The notes: generated by a model not told the origin, from the sequence alone. A DNA stretch of 64,000 nucleotides from Leptolyngbyaceae cyanobacterium (GCA_965263355.1 CBDHHL010000056.1:2208001-2272000); one strand, 5' to 3'. Shown: positions 10,273 to 21,884, counted from the first letter of the stretch. Numbers and translations: made by a program.

Positions 10273-11601
10273 ATGTCAATGGTTAGTCTGCCAAGCCTAC
10301 AAGAGATGATTGAAGGTATTAGCCGCGAACGTAATCTACCTCGTTCTGCCGTAGAACAGGCATTGAGAGAAGCTTTACTCAAAGGCTACGAACGATATCG
10401 CCGCACTCGACGTATGGATGGCGCTCAATTTGATGAAGATTATTTTGACAATTTCTCAGTGGAGTTAGATCCGGAAGAAGAAGGTTTTAGGGTCTTATCC
10501 AGCAAAATGATCGTCGAAGCAGTGGAAAACCCTGACCATCAAATTTCTTTGGCTGAAGTGGTGGAAGTTGCACCAGAAGCACAGATCGGCGACGAAGTTG
10601 TCCTTGATGTCACGCCAGAACAAAAGGACTTTGGTCGCATGGCAGCCATTCAAACCAAACAGGTTCTCGCTCAAAAATTACGGGATCAGCAACGACGGCT
10701 CATTCAGGAAGAGTTTCAGGATTTGGAAGGCACTATCTTACAGGCAAGGGTGCTGCGATTTGAGCGTCAGTCAGTCATCATGGCCGTCAGCAGCGGTGTA
10801 GGTCAGCCTGATGTAGAGGCAGAACTGCTCAAGCGAGACCAGTTGCCCAATGATAACTATCGAGCCAATGCCACATTCCGTGTAGCGCTTAAAAAAGTCT
10901 CAGAAGGCTCCCACCGTGGCCCACAGTTACTGGTTTCTCGTGCCGATGCCAGCTTAGTCGTTGAACTATTCTCGAATGAAGTTCCTGAAATTGAGGACGA
11001 AGTTGTCCGTATTGTCGCTGTAGCACGCGAAGCCAATCCCCCATCACGCTCAGTCGGACCAAGGACCAAAATTGCCGTTGATACCCTGGAACGAGATGTT
11101 GATCCTGTGGGGGCTTGCATTGGTGCCCGAGGGTCTCGTATTCAAGTTGTTGTCAACGAATTGCGCGGTGAAAAAATTGACGTTATTCGCTGGTCTCCAG
11201 ACCCAGCGACTTATATTGCCAATGCCCTCAGTCCCGCCAGAGTTGACGAGGTACGACTCATGAATCCTGAAGATCGTCAAGCCCATGTCTTAGTCCCTGA
11301 AGATCAACTTAGTTTAGCCATTGGCAAGGAAGGCCAGAACGTGCGACTCGCGGCCCGTCTTACTGGCTGGAAAATCGACATCAAAGATTCAGCCAAGTAC
11401 GATTACGAAGCTGAAGATGAAAAAGTACGTGCCCAGATGGAGGCAAAACGTCAGCAGGAAGAAGAGGCAGCAGCAGCCCTAGCTGCTCAGATGGAGGCGA
11501 TCAAAGCTGCAAATCTTGCTGCTGCTGCGCAAAAAGCTTCAGAAGATACAGAGGCCCTTGAAGCTGGCACGTATGAGGAACCAATATACGAGGAGGAATA
11601 G
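10273..11601 (+). CDS. nusA: Transcription termination/antitermination factor NusA
   Basis: FGRMAAIQTKQV, DPVGACIGARGSRI, AIGKEGQNVRLAARLTGWKIDI. Confidence 0.98.
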   Translation: MSMVSLPSLQEMIEGISRERNLPRSAVEQALREALLKGYERYRRTRRMDGAQFDEDYFDNFSVELDPEEEGFRVLSSKMIVEAVENPDHQISLAEVVEVAPEAQIGDEVVLDVTPEQKDFGRMAAIQTKQVLAQKLRDQQRRLIQEEFQDLEGTILQARVLRFERQSVIMAVSSGVGQPDVEAELLKRDQLPNDNYRANATFRVALKKVSEGSHRGPQLLVSRADASLVVELFSNEVPEIEDEVVRIVAVAREANPPSRSVGPRTKIAVDTLERDVDPVGACIGARGSRIQVVVNELRGEKIDVIRWSPDPATYIANALSPARVDEVRLMNPEDRQAHVLVPEDQLSLAIGKEGQNVRLAARLTGWKIDIKDSAKYDYEAEDEKVRAQMEAKRQQEEEAAAALAAQMEAIKAANLAAAAQKASEDTEALEAGTYEEPIYEEE

Positions 11602-11602
11602 G

Positions 11603-11851
11603 ATGCCCCCCAACTACCGACGCTGTGTAAGTTGTCGTAGAATAGCTCATCGCAATCAGTTGCTAAGAGTAGTCCGCACGTATCCAACCGGCAAAGTCCA
11701 GCTTAATCATGGAATGGGGCGTTCTGCTTATCTGTGTCCTCAATCAGATTGCTTAAGCTCAGCTTATAAAAAGAATCGTCTCGGGCGTTCACTAAAAACG
11801 TCGATTCCAGAGATGATTTACGAGCAATTACAGCGGCAAATCCAGGCCTAA
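11603..11851 (+). CDS. ylxR: YlxR/RnpM (DUF448) RNA-binding protein
   Basis: RRCVSCRR...GRSAYLC; start placed at the ATG at 11603, right after the nusA stop. Confidence 0.92.
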   Translation: MPPNYRRCVSCRRIAHRNQLLRVVRTYPTGKVQLNHGMGRSAYLCPQSDCLSSAYKKNRLGRSLKTSIPEMIYEQLQRQIQA

Positions 11852-12239
11852 TCAATTTTGCTCCTGGCAGTCATCTAAGCAATCGGTTAAATTAGCTGCG
11901 CAGGCTGTCCAGCAATAGCTCATACTGAAACAGCTCGGCAATACAGTAGAGTCTTTTATTAAACCCTCAACTAAGGACAATCCGTAAGACGAATGCTAAG
12001 GTAAAATTTAATGTCTGTGCCAATTTCCGCTCGGAAACGACCGGATCTGTCAGAATGTTATTGAGCGAGGATGAGGGTAATTATCTATTTTTTGAGATTG
12101 CAATTTGACCACATTAGTGTCATCAATCGATAAAATTAGATGATTACTCATGTGCCCAAGGGTAAAATGTCATGTCGTTTCGATAAGGGCAGTAAGTCTA
12201 TGTGACACCTTTCTTTGAAAATTTGCGAGGAATATTTGG

Positions 12240-15221
12240 ATGAACAATGGCAAAGTCAGGATATATGAGTTATCTCGGGAGTTAGATTTAGACAATAAAG
12301 ATATTCTGGCAATCTGTGAACGCTTGGAAATTGCAGTTAAGAGTCATAGCAGTACGATTACTGAATCAGATGCAGAACGGATACGTGGAGCTGCCGCAGG
12401 AGCCCCAAAACGCTCCCTTCAAAAGCCGACTCCAAGGCCGAAGCAAAAACCTACATTAACCAAGCCTAAAGCGCCAAATCGTCCCGTCCGCAAACAGCAA
12501 ATTTTAGAGGTTAGACGTCACCAACCTTCCGCGCCACGCCCTCCTGAGAAAAAAGTTTCTCAACCTAAAGCACCTGAAAATGATTCGTCTGAGGCTCCTA
12601 CAGAAAATTTGAGGCAGCCACCAAGTCGACCAGGGCGGCCCAATAAGCCCGATATTAAACCTCCACAAAAGCCGGTTCCGCGTCCTACTACCGCTAGTTC
12701 ATCTGTTGCAGAGAAGCCTGTTGCAGAGAAGCCATCATCGCCAAAAAGTGCATCTGCTTCGACGCCAACGGCATCGACACCAAAACCTGTGCAGTCAAAG
12801 TTGGTATCACCGCCATCCCGTTCACCTGCACCAAGACCTAAGGCTGTCAAACGGAGTAGTAATGATGAACAAGGTGGAAAAATCTCGGTTACAGAGGTTG
12901 CCAATGGTGAAGCTAAAGCAAAACCGACCTTACTGAAGACAAAGCCTAGTCTGAAGCCAAAGCCTGTTATTGAGGCTCGTCGGCCAACTAAGCCCAGTGT
13001 CACTGAATCAAGTGAACCAGATACTAGTGATGAGTCAGGCATTGAAGAAAATGAAGCTCCTGTTCTAGTTGGTGCCCCTCGCCGTCCTGATGTGCGTCGT
13101 CCTGCAGCTCCAGCTAAGCCGCCCAAGCGAGGCAAACCACTGCGTGGTGAAAGTGAAGAAGAGGAAATGCGGCAACGGGCGAGTAAAAATGCGACGAAAA
13201 AACGCCGTGCTCAACGCCTTGATGAGGATGATGACATTGACGAGCTAGAAGCTGGTCTTGCTGGAGATAGCGCAGCAACTCCCATCAGTATTTCCTTGAT
13301 GCGACCTCCTAAGCCCAAATCTCATCAGACTCAGGCGAAACCTGCTGCAGTGAAGAGCCGATCTATGCCCAGCCGAGGGGGTTCATCACGTAACAATCGT
13401 CGCGATCGCAAAGTTGAGGTAGTCGAAGAAAAGCCAGAACTAATTGTTCTCACCAATGGCTTAACCGTCCATGAACTAGCCCAAGAAATCAAAGAACCTG
13501 AAACTGAGTTGATTAAGTTCTTGTTTTTTAAGGGCATTGCTACCAACATCAACCAAACCCTAGATATTCCCACTGCCAAAATGGTAGCGGAGGCATTTGA
13601 CATCGCAGTAGAAACCGCTGAGGCCGAATCCGAAGCGAAGAAAATTACCGAGATGTTGGATGATGACGACCTGGAGAATCTAAAACAGAGGCCTCCAGTG
13701 GTTACCATCATGGGCCACGTTGACCACGGCAAAACATCACTACTCGATGCGATTCGTCAAGCTAAGGTTGCTAGCGGAGAAGCAGGGGGTATTACCCAGC
13801 ACATTGGTGCCTATCATGTTGATGTTGAACATGATGAAGGTACTCGCCAAGTGGTATTCCTAGACACTCCGGGACACGAAGCGTTTACAGCGATGCGAGC
13901 ACGGGGTACACGGGTGACCGACATTGCAGTCCTGGTTGTAGCTGCAGATGATGGTGTACGCCCTCAAACTATTGAGGCCATTAGCCATGCTAAAGCCGCG
14001 AAAGTCCCCATTGTGACTGCAATCAATAAGATCGATAAGGAAACAGCCAGCCCTGATCGTGTTAAACAGGAGTTAATGGAACATGGTCTTGTGCCTGAGG
14101 AATGGGGGGGGGACAGTATCATGGTTCCGGTGAGTGCGATCACGGGTGAAAACCTGGACCTACTCTTAGAAATGCTCCTACTCCAGGCCGAAGTAGAGGA
14201 TCTCCATGCAAATCCAGACAGGCTTGCCAGGGGTACTGTAATTGAGGCCAACTTAGATAAAGCTCGCGGTCCGGTAGCTACCCTATTAATTCAAAATGGT
14301 ACTTTGAGGGTTGGAGACTCAATGGTAGTCGGCTCAGTCTTCGGCAAGGTACGGGCTATGCTTGACGATCGACTCAACCGAGTGGAGGCAGCATCACCCT
14401 CGTTTGCCGTAGAGGTTTTGGGGCTAAATGATGTACCCCAGGCAGGGGATGAATTTGAGGTGTTCGCCTCCGAGAAAGAGGCGCGAGCTGTCGCAGATGA
14501 GCGGGCTGCAGATCAACGACAGTCTAGACTACAGCAAGCCATGGCGTCTCGACGGGTTACTCTGAATACCTTGTCAGCTCAGGCACAGGAAGGTGAACTG
14601 AAAGAACTCAACATCCTTCTAAAGGCTGACGTACAGGGCTCCATTGAGGCAATTCTAGCGTCCTTACAGCAATTGCCACAGGATGAAGTACAAATCCGTG
14701 TGCTAATGGCAGCTCCGGGCGAAATTAGTGAAACAGATGTTGACTTAGCAGCAGCCAGTGGCGCTGTTATTATTGGCTTCAACACGACCTTAGCCCCAGG
14801 AGCACAGCAAGCCTCTGACCGCCTAGGTGTAGATATTCAAGATTATGACATCATCTACAAGCTTTTAGAAGATATCGAAGGCGCAATGGAAGGTCTGTTA
14901 GAGCCCGAATTAGTAGCAGAAGACCTAGGCGAAGTGGAAGTTCGAGCCGTTTTCCCAGTGCGCAAGGGTGCTGTGGCAGGTTGCTATGTGCTCTCTGGCA
15001 AAGTTACTCGCAACTGCAAACTACGTGTCATACGTAACGGTTCTGCAATTTACGAAGGCAATCTCGATTCCCTCAAACGAATGCGCGACGACGTGAAAGA
15101 AGTGGCTTCGGGCTTTGAATGCGGTATTGGCGTTGATAAGTTCAGTAATTGGCAGGAAGGCGATCGCATTGAAGCATTCAAGATGGTCACTAAGCGAAGA
15201 ACATTGGCAGGTCGTGCTTAA
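12240..15221 (+). CDS. infB: Translation initiation factor IF-2
   Basis: [40 protein letters not shown]; Pro/Lys-rich N-terminal linker. Confidence 0.99.
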   Translation: MNNGKVRIYELSRELDLDNKDILAICERLEIAVKSHSSTITESDAERIRGAAAGAPKRSLQKPTPRPKQKPTLTKPKAPNRPVRKQQILEVRRHQPSAPRPPEKKVSQPKAPENDSSEAPTENLRQPPSRPGRPNKPDIKPPQKPVPRPTTASSSVAEKPVAEKPSSPKSASASTPTASTPKPVQSKLVSPPSRSPAPRPKAVKRSSNDEQGGKISVTEVANGEAKAKPTLLKTKPSLKPKPVIEARRPTKPSVTESSEPDTSDESGIEENEAPVLVGAPRRPDVRRPAAPAKPPKRGKPLRGESEEEEMRQRASKNATKKRRAQRLDEDDDIDELEAGLAGDSAATPISISLMRPPKPKSHQTQAKPAAVKSRSMPSRGGSSRNNRRDRKVEVVEEKPELIVLTNGLTVHELAQEIKEPETELIKFLFFKGIATNINQTLDIPTAKMVAEAFDIAVETAEAESEAKKITEMLDDDDLENLKQRPPVVTIMGHVDHGKTSLLDAIRQAKVASGEAGGITQHIGAYHVDVEHDEGTRQVVFLDTPGHEAFTAMRARGTRVTDIAVLVVAADDGVRPQTIEAISHAKAAKVPIVTAINKIDKETASPDRVKQELMEHGLVPEEWGGDSIMVPVSAITGENLDLLLEMLLLQAEVEDLHANPDRLARGTVIEANLDKARGPVATLLIQNGTLRVGDSMVVGSVFGKVRAMLDDRLNRVEAASPSFAVEVLGLNDVPQAGDEFEVFASEKEARAVADERAADQRQSRLQQAMASRRVTLNTLSAQAQEGELKELNILLKADVQGSIEAILASLQQLPQDEVQIRVLMAAPGEISETDVDLAAASGAVIIGFNTTLAPGAQQASDRLGVDIQDYDIIYKLLEDIEGAMEGLLEPELVAEDLGEVEVRAVFPVRKGAVAGCYVLSGKVTRNCKLRVIRNGSAIYEGNLDSLKRMRDDVKEVASGFECGIGVDKFSNWQEGDRIEAFKMVTKRRTLAGRA

Positions 15222-15413
15222 TCGAACTCATCTTTTACAGACTCAGGCAACACTTATATGATAGTCGCCTGAGTCTGTCTGCAGCCGTATAGAAGAATAA
15301 GCGCAACTCGATACAAACCGTGACGATAGGCACAACATGTCTTAGACAGCTGCGTTATCGTAGACAAAGAAAGGATTGAATATTTCTTAAGTCAGTTGAC
15401 GCAGAGAACCCTT

Positions 15414-15608
15414 ATGGCTGCTATATCTTCTAATTTATTTAGCTCTGAAGACACAGATGTATGGTTGAATCTTCAGCGTGCTATTTGCAATAGTACTGGG
15501 TTTCAACGATGGAAATCAGAGCTGCCTACCGACACCTTGGACAAAATACCCTTAGAGCAGTTGGTCAGGCGTTACTTACGTGAGACATTGGAAACACTTG
15601 CCTACTAA
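15414..15608 (+). CDS. Small conserved cyanobacterial hypothetical protein
   Basis: L..AI..S.GFQRW...VRRYLRETLETLAY C-terminal motif; ATG start preferred over the TTG at 15396. Confidence 0.75.
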   Translation: MAAISSNLFSSEDTDVWLNLQRAICNSTGFQRWKSELPTDTLDKIPLEQLVRRYLRETLETLAY

Positions 15609-15698
15609 CTATCAGCAGATAGTTTTAGAAAACTTAAGTCTAGGTATTTAATTTCTCTGAAATTCATCCATGATTGAAAATTATCTGGATGACTAACT

Positions 15699-15772
15699 AA
15701 AAAGGAAGGCTAAAAACCTTCCTTTTTGATATTTAAAATACTAAAGGCCCCTATCCAAAGATAGAGGCCTTT
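15699..15772. terminator. Tandem terminator hairpins between the convergent hypothetical gene and psbA
   Basis: AAAAAGGAAGG...CCTTCCTTTTT (15699-15727) and AAAGGCCCCTATC-caaa-GATAGAGGCCTTT (15743-15772). Confidence 0.75.
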
Positions 15773-15803
15773 TCGACTAAGCTAGGTTACAAAACCAAGA
15801 CAA

Positions 15804-16886
15804 CTAGGCGTTGATTTGAGGAGCAACCATTGCAACAGGAGCAGCTTCACCAGCAGCCAAGTCTAGAGGGAAGTTGTGAGCGTTACGCTCGTGCATTACT
15901 TCCATACCTAGGTTGGCACGGTTGATTACATCAGCCCAAGTGCTGACAACACGACCCTGAGAGTCGATGATGGACTGGTTGAAGTTGAAACCGTTCAAGT
16001 TGAACGCCATAGTGGAAATACCCAGTGCAGTGAACCAGATACCAACTACAGGCCATGCACCCAAGAAGAAGTGCAAGGAACGGCTGTTGTTGAAGGAAGC
16101 ATACTGGAAGATCAAACGACCGAAGTAGCCGTGAGCTGCAACAATGTTGTAAGTCTCTTCTTCCTGACCAAACTTGTAACCATAGTTCAAAGACTCAGTC
16201 TCAGTGGTCTCACGAACCAAGGAGGAAGTCACTAGAGAACCGTGCATAGCGGAGAACAAGGAACCACCGAATACACCCGCCACACCCAACATGTGGAAGG
16301 GGTGCATTAGGATGTTGTGCTCAGCCTGGAAAACAAGCATGAAGTTGAACGTACCGGAGATACCTAGGGGCATACCATCAGAGAAAGAACCCTGACCGAT
16401 GGGGTAGATCAAGAATACTGCAGTTGCCGCAGCTACAGGAGCAGAGTAAGCAACACAGATCCAAGGACGCATACCCAAGCGGTAGGAAAGTTCCCACTCA
16501 CGACCCATGTAGCAGAATACACCGATCAAGAAGTGGAAAATTACTAGCTGGTAAGGGCCACCGTTGTACAACCACTCATCTAGAGAAGCTGCTTCCCAGA
16601 TGGGGTAGAAGTGTAGACCGATAGCGTTGGAAGAAGGAATAACTGCACCAGAAATGATGTTGTTACCCAAGATGAGAGAACCAGCAACGGGCTCGCGGAT
16701 ACCGTCAATGTCAACGGGAGGAGCAGCGATGAAGGCAATTACGAAACATGCAGTGGCAGCAAGTAGTGTGGGGATCATTAGTACGCCAAACCAACCTACA
16801 TAAAGGCGGTTCTCAGTGCTAGTAACCCACTCACAAAACTGATCCCACAGGTTAGCGCTTTCGCGCTGCTGTAGAGTAGTTGTCAT
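15804..16886 (-). CDS. psbA: Photosystem II D1 protein, standard group with Glu130 (D1:2-type)
   Basis: 360 aa; Tyr161, Asp170, Glu189/His190 and [13 protein letters not shown] intact; residue 130 is Glu (YMGRE). Confidence 0.99.
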   Translation of the reverse strand: MTTTLQQRESANLWDQFCEWVTSTENRLYVGWFGVLMIPTLLAATACFVIAFIAAPPVDIDGIREPVAGSLILGNNIISGAVIPSSNAIGLHFYPIWEAASLDEWLYNGGPYQLVIFHFLIGVFCYMGREWELSYRLGMRPWICVAYSAPVAAATAVFLIYPIGQGSFSDGMPLGISGTFNFMLVFQAEHNILMHPFHMLGVAGVFGGSLFSAMHGSLVTSSLVRETTETESLNYGYKFGQEEETYNIVAAHGYFGRLIFQYASFNNSRSLHFFLGAWPVVGIWFTALGISTMAFNLNGFNFNQSIIDSQGRVVSTWADVINRANLGMEVMHERNAHNFPLDLAAGEAAPVAMVAPQINA

Positions 16887-16949
16887 GATTTTATGAATCC
16901 TATGAATATTGTCGAGGTACGACAGGTAGGGAATTCCCTACCTGTTTTT

Positions 16950-16978
16950 ATATTAAAAGAAATAACTACTTTTGTAAA
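16950..16978 (-). promoter_or_regulatory. Sigma70-type psbA promoter
   Basis: Minus strand TTTACA (16978-16973), 17-nt spacer, TAATAT (16955-16950). Confidence 0.75.
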
Positions 16979-17213
16979 CTTTTTAATCCTGAAATAATTT
17001 TAAGCACGGCATATCAAGCGGTGGTTATCGGCAAAGCAACCCAACCGAAAATCAGACTAAAACCTTTCCAGACAAATCTTTCAGAATATAAATTCAAGAC
17101 CCAAAGCCCCCCAAGTCACTGTAAGAAGCCTCTTATAGTTTGGATTTACATTCAATACTGATTTTAGAGTAGATACTCATTTTTTGTAACACTTAGCAAC
17201 GAGGTTAAATGTT

Positions 17214-18257
17214 TTGAACCTGACAATCACTTACAGTCCGGCATACACTCTAGTCCCAACTTACGAGTGTTTTAATCGATGCAGTTACTGTAATTTTCGT
17301 GTCCAACCTGGCACTGATACCTGGTTGAGTCTTGATCAGGCAAAGTCTCTAATCAAAGGACTAAAGGCCATTGAAATATTAATTCTCAGTGGAGAAGTGC
17401 ATCCTGGTAGCTCACGTCGTCGAACTTGGTTAGACCATATCCATCAACTTTGCCAGCTGGCAATTACCCAGGGTTTTTTACCCCATACCAATGCTGGGCC
17501 GCTAAGTTTCGAGGAAATGGCCTACCTAAAACAGGTCAACGTTTCTATGGGTCTGATGCTGGAACAATTAACTCCCGCTCTGTTAGATAGCGTTCACAGT
17601 CATGCACCCAGTAAGCGACCAGAGATCAGGCTGCAACAGTTGCATTGGGCTGGACAGTTAAAAATTCCATTCACTACAGGACTGCTTTTGGGAATTGGTG
17701 AAACTCAGGCAGATTGGGAAGAGACGCTGGTTGCGATCGCAAACCTGCATAATCAATACGGCCATATCCAAGAAGTCATCCTCCAACCTCATCAACCCGG
17801 AGCGTATCAGCAAATACCAGGTAATCCCTGCGATAACACTATGCTACTTGCAGCCATTCAATTAGCTCAACAGATTCTGCCAAAAGACATTGCCATTCAA
17901 ATTCCACCCAACCTAGTGCAATCAGCTCAGACGCTCATCACCTGCTTAAACATCGGAGCTAGAGATTTAGGCGGTATTGGACCCATCGATGAAGTTAACC
18001 CCAATTACCACCATCGGAGTCTGCCATCTCTACAAGATTTATTACAGTCTCACAACTACAATTTAAGACCACGGCTCCCCGTTTATCCCCAATATGATCA
18101 ATGGTTACCGCCCCAATTACAACAAAAAGTCCAGGTATGGCGAACCATCCTGGACAAATCAAACATCACCAGTAATCCGTCAAGCCTAAGATTTGGGATT
18201 GAGTATGTAAGGAGTAAACCGGATGAAGAGTCACTCTTTACCCTCTTCTACTCTTGA
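17214..18257 (+). CDS. cofG: FO (8-hydroxy-5-deazaflavin) synthase subunit CofG, radical SAM
   Basis: TYSPAYTLVPTYECFNRCSYCNF (CxxxCxxC), SMGLMLEQ, IPFTTGLLLGIGE, DEVNP. Confidence 0.93.
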   Translation: MNLTITYSPAYTLVPTYECFNRCSYCNFRVQPGTDTWLSLDQAKSLIKGLKAIEILILSGEVHPGSSRRRTWLDHIHQLCQLAITQGFLPHTNAGPLSFEEMAYLKQVNVSMGLMLEQLTPALLDSVHSHAPSKRPEIRLQQLHWAGQLKIPFTTGLLLGIGETQADWEETLVAIANLHNQYGHIQEVILQPHQPGAYQQIPGNPCDNTMLLAAIQLAQQILPKDIAIQIPPNLVQSAQTLITCLNIGARDLGGIGPIDEVNPNYHHRSLPSLQDLLQSHNYNLRPRLPVYPQYDQWLPPQLQQKVQVWRTILDKSNITSNPSSLRFGIEYVRSKPDEESLFTLFYS

Positions 18258-18321
18258 GCAATACAGAATCCCATTTTTAGCTTTGACGATGCACTAGTTA
18301 AACATCACATTCGAAAAGCAC

Positions 18322-19539
18322 CTAAATACGCCCACGTAGCATTTGCGCCATTTCATTTTGCCGAGGAGACATCTCTAAGGCTGTTTCTTCAGTAATACGC
18401 CCCGATTCATATAAAGCATAGAGGGACTGATTCATCGTACACATGCCATCAAAGGTACATTTTGGCAACAGAGCCTCTACCTCATCTAGCTGACCTCGCT
18501 GGATGTAGTCCTTGATCGCATCCGTATTGATCATGATCTCGTGAAAAGCCGCCCGCTTTCCATCGGTGGTACGACATAGGCCTTGTGACACTACAGCTAC
18601 CAGAGATTCAGCAATTGAGACTCGCACAGCAGCCTGCTGATCAGGCTCATACATACCTAAAATACGTTCCACAGTTTTAACCGCACTGTTTGTGTGCAGA
18701 GTACCAAAGACCAAGTGTCCGGTCTGAGCCGCTTTCAATGCAATATCGACGGTTTCACGATCTCGAATCTCACCGATCAGAATTACATCAGGATCCTCAC
18801 GAAGTGACGCCTTCAAGGCATTCTTAAACTCCAGAGTATGAATGCCAACCTCACGCTGCTTGATTAAAGACATCCGGCTAGTATGAACAAATTCAACCGG
18901 ATCTTCAATAGTAATGATATTCTTCGGCATATCTGTATTGACATAATCAATCATCGCTGCAAGCGATGTAGACTTACCAGATCCAGTTGGACCAGTCACC
19001 AACACTAATCCCTTGTGGTAATGGCAAATATCTTTCAGAACCACAGGTAGATTAAGCTGGTCGAGCGTCAAAATTTTCACCGGAATCAGACGCATCACCA
19101 TCGAAGGGCCACGCAAAGTATTAAAAATATTGATCCTCACCCGAGTGAAATCAAAGTGTGCAGCTCCATCAAAATCCATCGTCTGCTTAAAGTCTTGGAT
19201 TTGATCAGGCTTAAGTACCTCAGAAAGCCAGCTATAGAATATAGCTTCATCCGTCGCCGGATAGTCTGTCATCTCAATTTCGCCACGGTTACGAAAGCGA
19301 GGAACCTCGCCCACCCCTAAATGCACATCAGAAAAGCCTTTATCAAAGGCTTCACGAACAATACGTTCCAGAGTCAATCCACCGGAAACTCGAACACTTC
19401 CCGCCGACTTTGGCATTGGCGGAGGTGCAGCAGGACGTGCACCTCCCGCCCTCATTCCTGGCGGCGGCGGTGGTACAGCCCGCTTCGGTGGGGGAGGCGG
19501 AACAGACGGCATCGAGGAGGAGCGCTGTGAATCAGTCAT
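18322..19539 (-). CDS. pilT: Type IV pilus retraction ATPase PilT with Pro-rich N-terminus (PilT2-like)
   Basis: GPTGSGKST, TIEDPVEF, LREDPDVILIGEIRD, AAQTGHLVFGTLHT. Confidence 0.95.
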   Translation of the reverse strand: MTDSQRSSSMPSVPPPPPKRAVPPPPPGMRAGGARPAAPPPMPKSAGSVRVSGGLTLERIVREAFDKGFSDVHLGVGEVPRFRNRGEIEMTDYPATDEAIFYSWLSEVLKPDQIQDFKQTMDFDGAAHFDFTRVRINIFNTLRGPSMVMRLIPVKILTLDQLNLPVVLKDICHYHKGLVLVTGPTGSGKSTSLAAMIDYVNTDMPKNIITIEDPVEFVHTSRMSLIKQREVGIHTLEFKNALKASLREDPDVILIGEIRDRETVDIALKAAQTGHLVFGTLHTNSAVKTVERILGMYEPDQQAAVRVSIAESLVAVVSQGLCRTTDGKRAAFHEIMINTDAIKDYIQRGQLDEVEALLPKCTFDGMCTMNQSLYALYESGRITEETALEMSPRQNEMAQMLRGRI

Positions 19540-19734
19540 AGGACACCAAAAGCCTTCATTGAACGACGGGCAACATCAAGGAAACACGTCTGTGCCACTT
19601 TCACGTTGCAGACACACTTATCAATCATCCACAGCCTACCCAAAATTGCAACCTCAAGTAGCAGACCAGCACTAAGCGTCTTAACCAGGAGTACAGAGAA
19701 TTCCTGTGCTACCCTAGTCTAGCTGTCAAAAATT

Positions 19735-19829
19735 CACACACTTGGATATTTCGGGTGTTTCAAAGGCTTTAGCAGATTTTAGTCTGCAGGTTTGCCATTG
19801 AAATACACGCCAAGTGGAGGTTTAACCCG
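19735..19829 (+). promoter_or_regulatory. Ribosomal protein S2 leader (rpsB autoregulatory RNA)
   Basis: CACACACTTGG...CGGGTG...CCAAGTGGAGG-TTTAACCCG: outer stem CACTTGG/CCAAGTG plus GGGT/ACCC pairing, as recalled for rpsB leaders. Confidence 0.75.
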
Positions 19830-19844
19830 AAAGGAGACAATTCA

Positions 19845-20696
19845 ATGCCTGTTGTAACGTTGGCTCAACTACTTGAGTCAGGGGTTCATTTTGGCCACCA
19901 AACCCGTCGTTGGAACCCTAAAATGGACCAGTATATCTTTACTGCTCGTAACGGTGTACATATTATTGATCTCGTTCAGACTGCCCAGCTTCTAGATAAT
20001 GCCTATGCATTTGTGCGCGGTGCATCTGAAAAGGGCCAGAAATTCTTGTTTGTTGGGACTAAGCGTCAGGCTGCTGGCATTGTTGCAGAAGAAGCCAAAC
20101 GCTGTGGGTCTTACTACATCAATCAGCGCTGGCTAGGTGGCATGCTGACTAACTGGACCACTATTAAAACCCGTGTAGAGCGTCTTAAAGAACTGGAACG
20201 GATGCAAGAAACAGGGGCTTTAGCACTGCGTCCTAAGAAGGAGGCAGCTGTTCTACGCCGCGAGCTAGAAAAGCTGCAAAAGTATCTGGGCGGTATTAAA
20301 CTGATGCGCCGCTTACCAGATGTCGTCATCATGGTTGATATCAAGCGCGAATACAATGCTGTTCAAGAATGTCAAAAGCTTGGTATTCCAATTGTTTCGC
20401 TGCTAGACACCAACTGCGATCCCGACGTAGTCGATATCCCAATTCCTGGCAATGATGACGCTATCCGTTCGATCAAGCTTATCCTTGGTAGCTTAGCCAA
20501 TGCGATCTATGAGGGTTCCCACGGTCAGGCACCTCAAGAAGATGGTGACGGAGACGACATTTATGCCGACTATCCAAGTGCCGAAGAAGATTATGATTAT
20601 GATGATGCCGCTATTCCAGCTGCTGGGGATTTCCCCGAGGCAGACGAAGTAGTAGTACCTGAAGCAGATGCTGCTCCTGTGGTAGAGAGCGAATAG
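19845..20696 (+). CDS. rpsB: 30S ribosomal protein S2
   Basis: [34 protein letters not shown]; acidic tail. Confidence 0.99.
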   Translation: MPVVTLAQLLESGVHFGHQTRRWNPKMDQYIFTARNGVHIIDLVQTAQLLDNAYAFVRGASEKGQKFLFVGTKRQAAGIVAEEAKRCGSYYINQRWLGGMLTNWTTIKTRVERLKELERMQETGALALRPKKEAAVLRRELEKLQKYLGGIKLMRRLPDVVIMVDIKREYNAVQECQKLGIPIVSLLDTNCDPDVVDIPIPGNDDAIRSIKLILGSLANAIYEGSHGQAPQEDGDGDDIYADYPSAEEDYDYDDAAIPAAGDFPEADEVVVPEADAAPVVESE

Positions 20697-20826
20697 TGCG
20701 CTCGGACTTTTGTATTTTGCATAGCAGCTGAGCCCTGACTAGGGCATCAGCTGTTGATGCTTTAAGCGCTGAGCCTAACTCTGAGCAAGAGTTTTGTCGC
20801 AATTAGTAATGTTAGTGTAGGAGAAG

Positions 20827-21573
20827 ATGATGGCAGGTATTTCTGCGAAACAAGTGAAGGAACTGCGCGACACTACCGGCGCAGGCATGATGGATTGTAA
20901 AAAAGCCCTGCAGGAATCGGATGGCGATCCGCAAAAAGCCATCGAATGGCTGCGTCAGAAAGGCATTACCTCAGCTGCGAAAAAAGAAGGCCGCATTGCT
21001 GCAGAAGGCCTAGTGGAAAGCTACATTCACACAGGCGGGCGTGTTGGTGTACTGGTAGAAATCAACTGCGAAACAGACTTTGTTGCTCGCCGTGATGAGT
21101 TTAAAACTTTGGCTCGTGACATTGCAATGCAGATTGCCGCTTGCCCCAATGTCGAGGTGGTTAGAACCAGCGAAATTTCTGAAGAATCCATTGCTCGTGA
21201 ACGGGAAATTGAAATGGGTCGCGAAGATTTAGCCAGCAAACCTGAAAAGATTCGTGCCAAAATTGTAGATGGGCGGATTGAAAAAGGTTTGAAAGAAAAA
21301 TCTTTAATGGATCAACCTTTCATCAAGGATCAAAACATCACGATTGAAGAACTGATCAAGCAGTCAGTTGCTACTCTGGGTGAAAACATTCAAGTCCGTC
21401 GCTTTTCTCGCTTTACCCTGGGTGAAGGGATTGAAAAGAAAGAGGAGAACTTTGCAGAAGAAGTAGCAGCTCAAACTGGACAAAAGAAAAAAGAGGAGAA
21501 ACCGGTCGCAGAAACGCCTAACGCCGAAACGGCAGACGCTAAAGTTGAAGAACCGGCTGCGGCTCCCGACTAA
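20827..21573 (+). CDS. tsf: Elongation factor Ts; C-terminal repeat extension truncated by a 16-bp insertion
   Basis: [40 protein letters not shown]. Confidence 0.97.
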   Translation: MMAGISAKQVKELRDTTGAGMMDCKKALQESDGDPQKAIEWLRQKGITSAAKKEGRIAAEGLVESYIHTGGRVGVLVEINCETDFVARRDEFKTLARDIAMQIAACPNVEVVRTSEISEESIAREREIEMGREDLASKPEKIRAKIVDGRIEKGLKEKSLMDQPFIKDQNITIEELIKQSVATLGENIQVRRFSRFTLGEGIEKKEENFAEEVAAQTGQKKKEEKPVAETPNAETADAKVEEPAAAPD

Positions 21574-21747
21574 CGCGGCTCCTACGGAAGAAGCTCCTAA
21601 CGTGGAAACGGCAGACGCTAAAGTTGAAGAACCGACTGCGGCTCCTACGGAAGAAGCTCCTAACGTGGAAATGGCAGACGCTAAAGTTGAAGAACCGGCT
21701 GCGGCTCCTACGGAAGAAGCTCCTAACGTGGAAATGGCAGACGCTAA
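21517..21747 (+). repeat. 63-bp coding tandem repeat (21-aa unit PNVE[T/M]ADAKVEEP[A/T]AAPTEEA), about 3.4 copies
   Basis: CCTAACG unit starts at 21517, 21596, 21659 and 21722 (spacings 79, 63, 63). Confidence 0.95.
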
Positions 21748-21851
21748 GCCTGCAAAAACGGCTGCGGCTTCTAAAACTGGGAAAAAGAAAAGTAAAAAGA
21801 AAAAGAAGTAGTCATTTTCAAACAAGGAATGATTTAATTTGGGTTTTAACT

Positions 21852-21884
21852 AGCAGGCAAGCAAATGAGCTTGCCTGCTTTTTT
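21852..21884 (+). terminator. rpsB-tsf terminator
   Basis: AGCAGGCAAGC-aaatga-GCTTGCCTGCT-TTTTT. Confidence 0.85.

Noticed and set aside
12560..14785. Long antisense ORFs inside infB (similarly in the DUF3769 gene, kaiC and pntAB)
   Set aside because: Shadow frames of well-supported genes, with no independent motifs.
15804..16886. psbA as a rogue, chlorophyll f synthase or far-red D1
   Set aside because: Tyr161, Asp170, Glu189, His190 and the C-terminal ligands are present, and there is no far-red gene cluster around it.
21517..21747. 63-bp repeats as a CRISPR array
   Set aside because: Units are contiguous with no unique spacers, the period is a multiple of three, and they encode a coherent peptide repeat.
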